Source of the DNA: a virus
Taxonomy: Duplodnaviria; Heunggongvirae; Uroviricota; Caudoviricetes
IMG/VR virus record: IMGVR_UViG_3300032167_007646
Reading direction: 5' to 3' (one strand)
DNA length: 39,695 bases
Below the pieces are notes generated by a model. That model was not told where the DNA came from. It ran no database searches and saw nothing but the letters and a program-made list of their open reading frames with translations. The stretch's first letter is position 1, and each line of letters opens with the position of its first letter. Positions 27,909 to 36,279 of the stretch are shown here, piece by piece. The translations under genes were made by a program, and so were the position numbers.

Positions 27909-29396
27909 TTACACAGTAATACCATCATACATTGCATCAGACAATGTTTCCACAACAGCCTGATAAGGTGTCTTACCAATGTTGCGAATAATTGACTGGA
28001 ATGTAGATGCAGACGAGCCTGATGCCAACTGAACACCCTGCTTATCACAAGCCACATGGAATGTATCTTGACGACTTGCAACATTCCAATAGATGATAGT
28101 AGGCAAAGTATAACCTGCCTCCTCATACATCTTTGCAAAGCGCTCATGATAAGTATGATTGGTGTTATAAGTACCCCTATCAAACTCCATATCAGAGATA
28201 ATAACAAGTGCCTTAGGCATATCCTCTGCAGGAACATTGTTTGCCTTAGATACTTCAAGGATTTTTGCAAATGCCTTTTCAATATCTGTATTCTCAACAA
28301 TAGCCTCAACAGAAGAAATCTTATCCCTCAAAGTCTCACCCTTCAGAGTTACAAACTTAGGAGATTCAGAGAAAGTCATAAAGACATTCTTAAATGCACC
28401 TTTGTTTCTCTCTGCAAAGTAAATTGCAAGACCCACAGAAGTTGCAAGAGGTCTTCCACTCATAGAGCCAGAAGTATCTGCCATAACAAGTACATTGTTC
28501 TCACCCTGTACATAGTTAGGAAGTGCCTTCCACTGCTCTTCAAGTACAGTATCAAAAGCCTTGCTGCACTTCAAGTAGCTATCTCTCCAACCATAACTCT
28601 CTGTAAGACCATACTGTTCCATAATGTCATAAGGATACAGAGTAGAAGCGTTTACCTTAGTCTCTCCCTTAACAAGAGAGTCAAGATAATTCTGAAATCC
28701 TACTTCATCATGGCTTGTAAATGCCTTACGATAACGCATCATAGCACGAGATGATACAGCAGAATAGGTAATCGCAGAGAAATCACCCTTTGACATCTTA
28801 ACCTCAACTACGTCAAGGTAAGTACGAAGAGCAGACATCGCCTTACGATAATCCTTATCTGACATATGCAATGCACGAGCAGTACGCTTACCCCAAGAAG
28901 CAAATGTAGCATTTTTAGAATTTGCATTCTTAAGCCACTTTGCCATAATAGAGATACTTTCCTGCTTCTGCATACCCTCTACATCAGCCTCATACTGCGC
29001 TCTGATAAGCTCCCAGACATCCTTTTCAACAGGAGTGTCAAGCAGGTAATAGAGGTCATCCCAACGACCAAAGAAAGGAATAAACTGAATGTTCTTTCTC
29101 ATAATATCAGGCTGACTATTAGCGAGGTAACGCCAAATTACACGAGCAGTTGTACGCTCACCAAGACCACCACGAACATTACGAGCATAGAAACTCATCT
29201 TCGTAGCAAGAAGTTTATCTTCTGCAAAAGCCTTAGCAAACAAACGCTCTACTTCACTTGTCTCACGACTACGCAAAGCACCAATTGTACCAAAAAGGTC
29301 AACAATATCACTATATGTAGACTTCATAGCAAGAGCGCCATTTTCAGTCATAGTCATATTATTGTCTTTCTGCATGCTGGAAACAAAAGAATTCAT
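27909..29396 (-). CDS. DUF2828-family protein with C-terminal vWA domain (TROVE/Ro60-like architecture)
   Basis: TENGA, F.ARNVRGGLGER, FGRWDDL, AKWL, VSSRAM, LYPYDI, QWKALP, MIDAS DTSGSM, ISDMEFD, IIYWNV. Confidence 0.88.
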   Translation of the reverse strand: MNSFVSSMQKDNNMTMTENGALAMKSTYSDIVDLFGTIGALRSRETSEVERLFAKAFAEDKLLATKMSFYARNVRGGLGERTTARVIWRYLANSQPDIMRKNIQFIPFFGRWDDLYYLLDTPVEKDVWELIRAQYEADVEGMQKQESISIMAKWLKNANSKNATFASWGKRTARALHMSDKDYRKAMSALRTYLDVVEVKMSKGDFSAITYSAVSSRAMMRYRKAFTSHDEVGFQNYLDSLVKGETKVNASTLYPYDIMEQYGLTESYGWRDSYLKCSKAFDTVLEEQWKALPNYVQGENNVLVMADTSGSMSGRPLATSVGLAIYFAERNKGAFKNVFMTFSESPKFVTLKGETLRDKISSVEAIVENTDIEKAFAKILEVSKANNVPAEDMPKALVIISDMEFDRGTYNTNHTYHERFAKMYEEAGYTLPTIIYWNVASRQDTFHVACDKQGVQLASGSSASTFQSIIRNIGKTPYQAVVETLSDAMYDGITV

Positions 29397-29480
29397 AACC
29401 TATTCCACCTTTCAAAACACTAAAATTTTAATCTGCTGTAAGTGTTTTTCACCTTACAATATAAGGTTTTTCAACCTTAC
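29397..29480 (-). promoter_or_regulatory. structured 5' leader of DUF2828 gene
   Basis: two ~20-nt direct repeats, each self-complementary, plus an alternative 8-bp stem abutting the RBS. Confidence 0.55.
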
Positions 29481-29486
29481 TAACAT

Positions 29487-29515
29487 ATTATAACACACAA
29501 ATTACTTTTTGTCAA
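29487..29515 (-). promoter_or_regulatory. sigma-A consensus promoter for DUF2828 gene
   Basis: TTGACA-17bp-TATAAT with TG. Confidence 0.85.
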
Positions 29516-29565
29516 CACTTTTTTCTATATTTCTAAAAACTTTTTTTCATAGAGAAGAACTTGTG

Positions 29566-30438
29566 TTAGCACAAGTTCTTACAACCTTCTTCAATATACC
29601 CCATTTCAAAGAGCATATCATATAATTTTTCAATATTACACTTATAAAAATCTTCATCCCACCAAGAATAATAATCTGATTGATGTCTTGTACCTAATTC
29701 TACACAAGAGCGATACAATTTCTTATACTGTAAAAATGTTATATTAGGACAAATCCTTTCCATAACCTCATCAAATAATTCAAACTCACAAGGAGCCTCT
29801 GAATCCATTCTTGTAGTAGAATCTGAATTCCAACTACTATACTCCCCACCTGTTCTCCAAGTATCAGAGTAAAAATACTTATTATCCTCTTCCAAAGGAA
29901 TACCTAAACAATCTGCAAATACCTTATAAATAGATTTCTTTACGATTTTATGCTCTACCATTTTAGTAGGTACACCAAATCTCTTTTCAATTTGTTCAAT
30001 ATTAGGTCTCTCCAATTTAGCAGATTTTATTGTAGCCACAGAATTTTTATTTCTTCTACCCCTATCATTCCAAAGACAAGCTTCTTTATCAGGTTTCCAA
30101 TAATCTACTACTACTTTCTTGATTGTAAAATATTTCAAGAAATAATCAGACTCTAAATACACACTTAATGCCCATTCTACATCTTTCTGCATTAAAAACA
30201 AACCATCAATAACAATAGCATTAGGAGTATGGTACTGAAATACCATTTCTCTTACTTTTTCAATATCAATAGGTTTATCAGGATTTTCTTTCTTTAACTT
30301 ATTCCAAACCTTATCAAAATCATCTACCTGAATTTTCTCAAAACCAGGAAAATTACCCTTATCATTTGCAAAAGTAGTTTTGCCACTACCTGGCATACCT
30401 ACTAAAATATGCAATTCTTTAATTGATTTTGTAGCCAT
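29566..30438 (-). CDS. P-loop kinase (AAA_33 / polynucleotide-kinase-like) fused to unknown C-terminal domain
   Basis: ILVGMPGSGKTT Walker A, IVIDG Walker B, C..N..RR lid-like segment. Confidence 0.7.
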   Translation of the reverse strand: MATKSIKELHILVGMPGSGKTTFANDKGNFPGFEKIQVDDFDKVWNKLKKENPDKPIDIEKVREMVFQYHTPNAIVIDGLFLMQKDVEWALSVYLESDYFLKYFTIKKVVVDYWKPDKEACLWNDRGRRNKNSVATIKSAKLERPNIEQIEKRFGVPTKMVEHKIVKKSIYKVFADCLGIPLEEDNKYFYSDTWRTGGEYSSWNSDSTTRMDSEAPCEFELFDEVMERICPNITFLQYKKLYRSCVELGTRHQSDYYSWWDEDFYKCNIEKLYDMLFEMGYIEEGCKNLC

Positions 30439-30440
30439 AA

Positions 30441-30662
30441 TTAAACCCTCTCTACTTCTATATTATAACCAAATTGATTAGTAATTGCAATATATTTACC
30501 ATCACAACTTATTACACAAGAATTATTATCCAACTTATCTGTTACTGTAAAAATAGAATCCTCTGAAAAACCATAATCCTTAAATCTATCATTATATTCT
30601 TCACCACAATCCATTTTTACAACTTTTGCTGTTTCCATTTTACCTAAATCGCAAAGTTTCAT
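30441..30662 (-). CDS. FeoA-like SH3 protein
   Basis: MKLCDL...AKVV......RF.DYGF...pattern, 73 aa, ends IEV. Confidence 0.65.
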   Translation of the reverse strand: MKLCDLGKMETAKVVKMDCGEEYNDRFKDYGFSEDSIFTVTDKLDNNSCVISCDGKYIAITNQFGYNIEVERV

Positions 30663-30663
30663 A

Positions 30664-30867
30664 TTAACAACCCCTCTTTTCTGCTATAAGAACACAAGCA
30701 ACAACAAAAATATAATATATAGCAGCCAACACAAGAGTAATTAATAAATTACTTAACTCTGCCATACCAAGAATAAAAACTACAATATCAAGAAAAATAA
30801 AACTCAAAATCAAAGCACTTATTCTTTTTCTCAATACAGTTTTAAACACTTCAAAAAATCTTTTCAT
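30664..30867 (-). CDS. small 2-TM membrane protein
   Basis: AAGGAG RBS before ATG 30867; two hydrophobic helices. Confidence 0.65.
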   Translation of the reverse strand: MKRFFEVFKTVLRKRISALILSFIFLDIVVFILGMAELSNLLITLVLAAIYYIFVVACVLIAEKRGC

Positions 30868-30880
30868 ATTCAATTCTCCT

Positions 30881-31438
30881 TTACCAAGAACATTCAAATA
30901 ACATACCATCTTCCCAACTGTTTAGGAAGTTATTAATTATTTTTCTTTCTTCTACTGTTTTACATTTAACATATTGCTTAAAGAAGTTTTCTAATTCTCT
31001 CTTTGTAGTACAAAATACTACCGTTACTTTCTTTTTATAAAATCTTTTATTAAAGAACCAACCCTGTGCATATTTTATCTTATCAACAGTTAAATACTTC
31101 TTTTTCTCTTTTTTATTATCAAATATCCTATACTCAAATTTTGAAAGTCTTTTTTCCATACGATGCCAACTACGTGAGTTCCTAAATAATTTTTTATAAT
31201 AAGAAATGTCAAAAAAAGTATGTTTAGTACTGTCAGACCACGCTAACTCTTCTTGTTTATCCAACCAATCAAACAATTCAAAAGGATTAGTAGGACAACC
31301 TAATTCTTCCTCTATACTATCAACTTTTCTAACCCCATTCTTATCAGGTAAACAATCTTCCCAACTCACAAAATCCATATAATGACCTTTATAAACTACA
31401 TTTGAATTTACTTTATAAAGACTCATACAAACACTCAT
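30881..31438 (-). CDS. hypothetical protein
   Basis: GAGGTG RBS. Confidence 0.7.
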   Translation of the reverse strand: MSVCMSLYKVNSNVVYKGHYMDFVSWEDCLPDKNGVRKVDSIEEELGCPTNPFELFDWLDKQEELAWSDSTKHTFFDISYYKKLFRNSRSWHRMEKRLSKFEYRIFDNKKEKKKYLTVDKIKYAQGWFFNKRFYKKKVTVVFCTTKRELENFFKQYVKCKTVEERKIINNFLNSWEDGMLFECSW

Positions 31439-31452
31439 ATATGACACCTCAT

Positions 31453-31659
31453 TTACATAATAACAGAAGTAGTAACACCATAATTAACATATGTATTATA
31501 AATTCTACTTAATTCATCTACAGACATAGACATTAACTTGTTTCTTAACTTAATAAGACTTTTATTTGTTGTCTTCATTTCTTCACAAACCATATCTACA
31601 ATCAAAGTAGAAAATATAACTTTTTTACCATAATCTTTTTCAACTAAAACACTTGTCAT
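31453..31659 (-). CDS. hypothetical protein
   Basis: AGAGGGG RBS; the track start overlaps the promoter. Confidence 0.65.
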   Translation of the reverse strand: MTSVLVEKDYGKKVIFSTLIVDMVCEEMKTTNKSLIKLRNKLMSMSVDELSRIYNTYVNYGVTTSVIM

Positions 31660-31686
31660 TTGTGTTACCCCTCTTTCTATGATTTT

Positions 31687-31715
31687 ATTATAACACAAGT
31701 TTTACCTTTTGTCAA
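31687..31715 (-). promoter_or_regulatory. sigma-A consensus promoter
   Basis: TTGACA-17bp-TATAAT with TG. Confidence 0.85.
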
Positions 31716-31734
31716 CATTTTTTTTGTAAAATAA

Positions 31735-31764
31735 AAAAGAGTTTGATTTATTTCAAACTCTTTT
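31735..31764. terminator. intrinsic terminator
   Basis: AAAAGAGTTTGA/TCAAACTCTTTT. Confidence 0.8.
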
Positions 31765-32298
31765 ATTTAGTATATTTATTACCTGTTTAATATGTTTTCT
31801 CTTTAGTCCTGTATTTTCATACCAAGCACCTGTAATATTACCATCTCTACTTGTTAAAACTAATTCTTTTTGATAATACTTCTCTATATCAAATTTTTCA
31901 TCATCTAAAATAACAAAAGAATCTACAATATCATTATATTCTTCAAGCCATTGTTTTATTTCCAAACCACGCTCACCAGAAGATAATCGAGGTGTAATAC
32001 CAACAACTTTTATATTATATTTTTCCAACTTATCCTGCAATTCTTTTTGTCTATCTGACTTCTTTTCATAAGGTTGAAACCATCCACCACGCCAAGAACT
32101 TGATATTACTACCTTTGCACCTGTCTTCTTTACTATTTTAGACAATATTTTTACTTTATGAGTCCTTATACCAAACAAATCATAATGTCTTTTTACAAAC
32201 TTTAATAAATGTAATTTTGAAAATATTTTATAACAAAAACCTGTAAATCTACTATACCCATTTAAAACTCCATCTATATCTAAAAATATAATCTTCAT
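31753..32298 (-). CDS. HAD phosphatase, Swiss-Army-Knife RNA-repair type (HAD_SAK_2-like)
   Basis: IFLDIDGVLN, TGAKVVISSSWR, GITP, RG.EI..WL, FVILDD, GL. Confidence 0.85.
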   Translation of the reverse strand: MKIIFLDIDGVLNGYSRFTGFCYKIFSKLHLLKFVKRHYDLFGIRTHKVKILSKIVKKTGAKVVISSSWRGGWFQPYEKKSDRQKELQDKLEKYNIKVVGITPRLSSGERGLEIKQWLEEYNDIVDSFVILDDEKFDIEKYYQKELVLTSRDGNITGAWYENTGLKRKHIKQVINILNKRV

Positions 32299-32705
32299 TA
32301 GTTATCAGTCACCCAAATTTCTAATTCAGTACCATCATAATTACCACTTACATAACCATAATAATGACTTTCTTTACCTATAGAGTTTATTGCATCATCA
32401 AACATTTTATAAAAATGAGGCATAATATAATAATGTGTACTCAAATATCTTATATTACACAGTAATTCTTCAAGATAATTACGAGCATATATCTGACAAT
32501 AACTTGCATCCTCACACTCAAAAGACTTACCAAATGAATATTCATCATCAAAAGGATGCCAACTATAACCCTCTGTAAATATCTTAAATTTCCTATCAGA
32601 CAAATTTATATCAATATCCTCAGCTTTTTTAGGAGCATCAAATTCATACCCCTCTATTGAATAATCACCATCTGTATAAAAATGTGCCTGTATTAATATT
32701 CTCAT
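32298..32705 (-). CDS. hypothetical protein
   Basis: AGGTG RBS; TAATG coupling to HAD gene. Confidence 0.7.
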   Translation of the reverse strand: MRILIQAHFYTDGDYSIEGYEFDAPKKAEDIDINLSDRKFKIFTEGYSWHPFDDEYSFGKSFECEDASYCQIYARNYLEELLCNIRYLSTHYYIMPHFYKMFDDAINSIGKESHYYGYVSGNYDGTELEIWVTDN

Positions 32706-32730
32706 ACTATCACCTATTCCTTAATATATT

Positions 32731-32961
32731 TTATTTCTTGAAAAAGGATTTTATAAGTTCACCTTCAGCCTTAGACTCAACGCTTTTTAAAATTTCTTCA
32801 ACCCTATTCAAAGCCTCTTCCTTTGACCTTGAGGTATCTGTGCATATATTAAAAATTTTTTCAGACACTTCTTTAAAATCTATCATTTTAACTTCCCCCA
32901 AACTATCATTTATATTATTTATGAATACATCCAAATACTTATCCTTTAGATACTTCACCAC
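32731..32961 (-). CDS. hypothetical protein
   Basis: ORF in operon; start uncertain. Confidence 0.55.
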   Translation of the reverse strand: MVKYLKDKYLDVFINNINDSLGEVKMIDFKEVSEKIFNICTDTSRSKEEALNRVEEILKSVESKAEGELIKSFFKK

Positions 32962-33136
32962 ATTTGCAACACTGCCAATATTTATCTCTACAAACTGTTT
33001 CAGATATTCCTAAACTGCTAACTGCTAAGATTGCTCTGGCAATACCTAAACCCTCAAAATCACCTTTTGAACCTACATAATTGTGATTTGTTCTCTCACA
33101 ACATTCACTGCACCATTTCTTTTCTACTTTTAACAC
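32939..33136 (-). CDS. small zinc-ribbon protein
   Basis: GTG start after AGGTTGGTGG; WCSECC..TNH...WQCCKCG. Confidence 0.65.
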   Translation of the reverse strand: MLKVEKKWCSECCERTNHNYVGSKGDFEGLGIARAILAVSSLGISETVCRDKYWQCCKCGEVSKG

Positions 33137-33161
33137 AAAACCACCAACCTTATTTAGTAAT

Positions 33162-33191
33162 AAGAGTGGAAATATAAATACTTCCACTCTT
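33162..33191 (-). terminator. hairpin downstream of dnaK (weak U-tail)
   Basis: AAGAGTGGAA/TTCCACTCTT. Confidence 0.65.
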
Positions 33192-33203
33192 TTATATAAC
33201 TAC

Positions 33204-35057
33204 TTACTTCTGATTTCCATCCTCATCATATTCAACAAAATCAGCCTCAATATAATCATCTTTTGCTGACTCTGTACCCATATCATATGCTTCATCATAA
33301 GCCTGACCTTGAACATTATCATTCTTAACTGCACCATACATTTTTTCAGTCATAGCATAAACTTTCTGTTGTAAAGCATCAGTCTTTGTCTTAATAAGTT
33401 CAATATCTTCACCATTCATAACTTCTTTAAGCTCTTTAATAGCATCTTCTATATCAGTCTTATCAGAAGAACTAACATTATCACCTAAATCAGTTAATGT
33501 TTTTTCTGTTTGATATACCAAACTATCAGCAGTATTCTTTACTTCTACTGCCTCTTTTCTCTTCTTATCTTCTTCAGCATACTTTTCTGCGTCCTTAATA
33601 GCATTTTCAATATCTGAATCTGACATATTTGTAGAAGCAGTAATTGTAATATGTTGTTCCTTACCTGTTCCCTTATCCACAGCCTTAACCTCTACAATAC
33701 CATTTGCGTCTACATTAAATGATACTTCAATCTGAGGTACACCACGACGAGCAGGAAGAATACCATCAAGACTAAATCTACCAAGAGTTTTATTTCCTGC
33801 TACCATTTCTCTTTCACCCTGAAGAACATGAACTTCTACTGAAGTCTGATTATCAGCAGCAGTTGAGAAAATCTGACTTTTCTGAACAGGAATGGTAGTA
33901 TTTCTTTCAATAATTTTGGTACAAACACCACCTAATGTTTCAATACCCAATGACAAAGGCATTACATCAAGAAGAAGAATATCTGTAACTTCACCTGAAA
34001 GAACACCACCCTGAATTGCAGCACCCATTGCTACACATTCATCAGGATTTACACCTTTAAATGGTTCTTTTCCTGTAAATCTCTTTAAAAATTCTTGAAC
34101 TGCTGGAATACGAGTTGAGCCACCTACAAGAATTACCTTATCAATTTCATCTAACTTTAACCCTGAATCACTTAAAGCCTGCTTTACAGGACCCTCTGTT
34201 GCCTTTACAAGATGTTCTGTCAAACTATCAAATTTTGAACGAGAAATATTTATATCTAAATGTTTAGGACCTGTTGCATCAGCAGTAATAAAAGGAAGGT
34301 TCACATTTGTTGTAGAAGTACCTGACAACTCAATCTTTGCCTTTTCTGATGCCTCTCTTATTCTCTGCATAGCCATCTTATCTTCTGACAAGTCCATATT
34401 ATTTTCTTTCTTAAACTCTTCAACAAGATAATCTGAAATAGCCTTATCAAAGTCATCGCCACCAAGTTTATTATTACCTGCTGTAGCCAAAACTTCAATT
34501 ACACCGTCACCAATTTCAAGGATAGATACATCAAATGTACCACCACCTAAGTCATAAACCATAATCTTTTCATTCTCTTCTTTGTCAAGACCAAAAGCCA
34601 AAGCAGCAGCAGTAGGTTCATTGATAATTCTCTGAACATTCAAACCTGCTATTTTACCTGCATCTTTGGTTGCCTGTCTTTGTGAGTCTGTAAAATATGC
34701 AGGAACAGTAATTACTGCATCTGTTACCTTATCACCAAGATAAGCCTCTGCATCAGCCTTTAACTTACCCAAAATAATTGCTGAAACCTCCTGTGGTGTA
34801 TATTTCTTACCATCAATTTCAACACTATAATTAGTACCCATTTCTCTCTTAATAGAACTAATTGTTCTTGTAGGGTTTGTAACTGCTTGTCGTCTTGCAG
34901 TTGCACCTACAATTCTTTCACCTGTCTTTGTAAAACCAACAACAGAAGGAGTTGTTCTACCACCCTCTGAATTTGGAATTACAATAACTTCCTGACCCTC
35001 ATATGCACAAACACAACTATTTGTTGTACCTAAGTCAATACCTATAACTCTACCCAT
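33204..35057 (-). CDS. dnaK: molecular chaperone DnaK (Hsp70)
   Basis: [50 protein letters not shown]; has the Gram-positive-type N-terminal deletion. Confidence 0.98.
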   Translation of the reverse strand: MGRVIGIDLGTTNSCVCAYEGQEVIVIPNSEGGRTTPSVVGFTKTGERIVGATARRQAVTNPTRTISSIKREMGTNYSVEIDGKKYTPQEVSAIILGKLKADAEAYLGDKVTDAVITVPAYFTDSQRQATKDAGKIAGLNVQRIINEPTAAALAFGLDKEENEKIMVYDLGGGTFDVSILEIGDGVIEVLATAGNNKLGGDDFDKAISDYLVEEFKKENNMDLSEDKMAMQRIREASEKAKIELSGTSTTNVNLPFITADATGPKHLDINISRSKFDSLTEHLVKATEGPVKQALSDSGLKLDEIDKVILVGGSTRIPAVQEFLKRFTGKEPFKGVNPDECVAMGAAIQGGVLSGEVTDILLLDVMPLSLGIETLGGVCTKIIERNTTIPVQKSQIFSTAADNQTSVEVHVLQGEREMVAGNKTLGRFSLDGILPARRGVPQIEVSFNVDANGIVEVKAVDKGTGKEQHITITASTNMSDSDIENAIKDAEKYAEEDKKRKEAVEVKNTADSLVYQTEKTLTDLGDNVSSSDKTDIEDAIKELKEVMNGEDIELIKTKTDALQQKVYAMTEKMYGAVKNDNVQGQAYDEAYDMGTESAKDDYIEADFVEYDEDGNQK

Positions 35058-35085
35058 TAATCTAATTCCTCCTATGCTAATCTTC

Positions 35086-35397
35086 TTACTTATTTATATT
35101 TTTACTTAAATAATTTTCTACTGCTTCCTCAATAGTATTAAATGCTTCAACATTACTGAAATTAACAGTAGATAAAGTTCCACGATTTTTTACACATATA
35201 AACATACCTGCGTTTTTGGGAACAACATATCTTACATACATTTCCCTTTTGAACTCATCAAGATGCATTACAGTTCCATCAGGATATCTCTTCTTAATAC
35301 TCTCATTGACATCATAAACTTCCCTAACCATTTGAGGTACTGCACGAATAGATAAATTATGCTCAATCATTAATTCCTCTAACTTCTCAATATTCAT
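35086..35397 (-). CDS. hypothetical protein co-transcribed with dnaK
   Basis: AAGGAG RBS after promoter. Confidence 0.7.
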   Translation of the reverse strand: MNIEKLEELMIEHNLSIRAVPQMVREVYDVNESIKKRYPDGTVMHLDEFKREMYVRYVVPKNAGMFICVKNRGTLSTVNFSNVEAFNTIEEAVENYLSKNINK

Positions 35398-35435
35398 TTT
35401 GTTAAATCTCCTTTAATTATAGATTTTCAATTATT

Positions 35436-35464
35436 ATTATAACACAAATATATCTTTTTGTCAA
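35436..35464 (-). promoter_or_regulatory. sigma-A consensus promoter for dnaK unit
   Basis: TTGACA-17bp-TATAAT with TG. Confidence 0.85.
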
Positions 35465-35482
35465 CACTTAATAATAAAAATC

Positions 35483-36034
35483 TTATCTTATACAATTCAA
35501 TTCAAACAAAACAGAAAATAAATCTACCAAACTCTCTACTTGTGGTATTGGTCTTTCCTTACCTGAATAGGTTTTCTTTATACCTATACCACCTTGTTCA
35601 TAGAACTTTTGAATATTCTTATAATAATCATCAATAAGAATAGAAGTCTCTGGGTTTTCTATATAATCAGCCTTATTCTCTCCTACATTTATAAGAATAA
35701 TATCTTCATCTTTTAATGTAGGTATATGATAATTTAACCACAATTTCTTTTCAGGCTTACAATATGGACTTTCTATACAAGAAGATAATACCTTTATTCT
35801 AAATCCTATTCTCTGTAAATTTTCTATTACAGCTGGTACTTCTGAAAAACATTGCAACTCCTTAAAATATCCTTTATGAAACATACGCTTTACAGCAATA
35901 TCTTCATCACCAAATACTGAAAATAGACACATAACATTATCCATATCAAAATATAATGTTATATCACTTGGTTTATAATTTTTTGATTTAAATTTTTCAA
36001 TTATTTTATTTACTAATTCTTCATTATATTTCAT
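35483..36034 (-). CDS. HAD-family 5'(3')-deoxyribonucleotidase-like protein
   Basis: LYFDMDNV, VLSS, EKKLWL, K, ILIDDY..N...F...GG.GI. Confidence 0.78.
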   Translation of the reverse strand: MKYNEELVNKIIEKFKSKNYKPSDITLYFDMDNVMCLFSVFGDEDIAVKRMFHKGYFKELQCFSEVPAVIENLQRIGFRIKVLSSCIESPYCKPEKKLWLNYHIPTLKDEDIILINVGENKADYIENPETSILIDDYYKNIQKFYEQGGIGIKKTYSGKERPIPQVESLVDLFSVLFELNCIR

Positions 36035-36209
36035 ATAACCCACCTATTTTATCTTTTTCTTCCACTTCTATTGACTTAATACCTAAACTACCAAATGTAT
36101 GACTTGAATTTATTGTTGTTATAGTCATAACACCATCTTCATTCTTTACAGAAATTACTTTATTGTATAAAGATTTATTTCCATCCCAAAACTTTATTTT
36201 TACAAACAA
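36024..36209 (-). CDS. hypothetical protein
   Basis: GAGGTG RBS, TTG start, first gene after promoter. Confidence 0.65.
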   Translation of the reverse strand: MFVKIKFWDGNKSLYNKVISVKNEDGVMTITTINSSHTFGSLGIKSIEVEEKDKIGGLYEI

Positions 36210-36230
36210 TTTAATTCACCTCACAACTAT

Positions 36231-36259
36231 AATATAACATAAAAGATTTAAGTTGTCAA
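36231..36259 (-). promoter_or_regulatory. sigma-A promoter overlapping a terminator hairpin
   Basis: TTGACA-17bp-TATATT with TG. Confidence 0.65.
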
Positions 36260-36279
36260 TATATGACAACTTAAATCTT
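36243..36279 (-). terminator. 16-bp inverted repeat / terminator
   Basis: AAGATTTAAGTTGTCA-5nt-TGACAACTTAAATCTT. Confidence 0.75.

Noticed and set aside
28056-29423. Long plus-strand ORFs (232 aa, 185 aa) and alternate-frame ORF 27884..28309
   Set aside because: Shadow frames of the GC-richer DUF2828 gene; no RBS and no protein-like motifs
27909-30438. MoxR AAA+/vWA (RavA-ViaA-like) chaperone pair
   Set aside because: The ATPase is a short kinase-type P-loop without MoxR motifs and is separated from the vWA gene by a promoter
30664-30867. Holin call for small 2-TM protein
   Set aside because: No endolysin nearby and it lies in a sigma-A (early-type) unit
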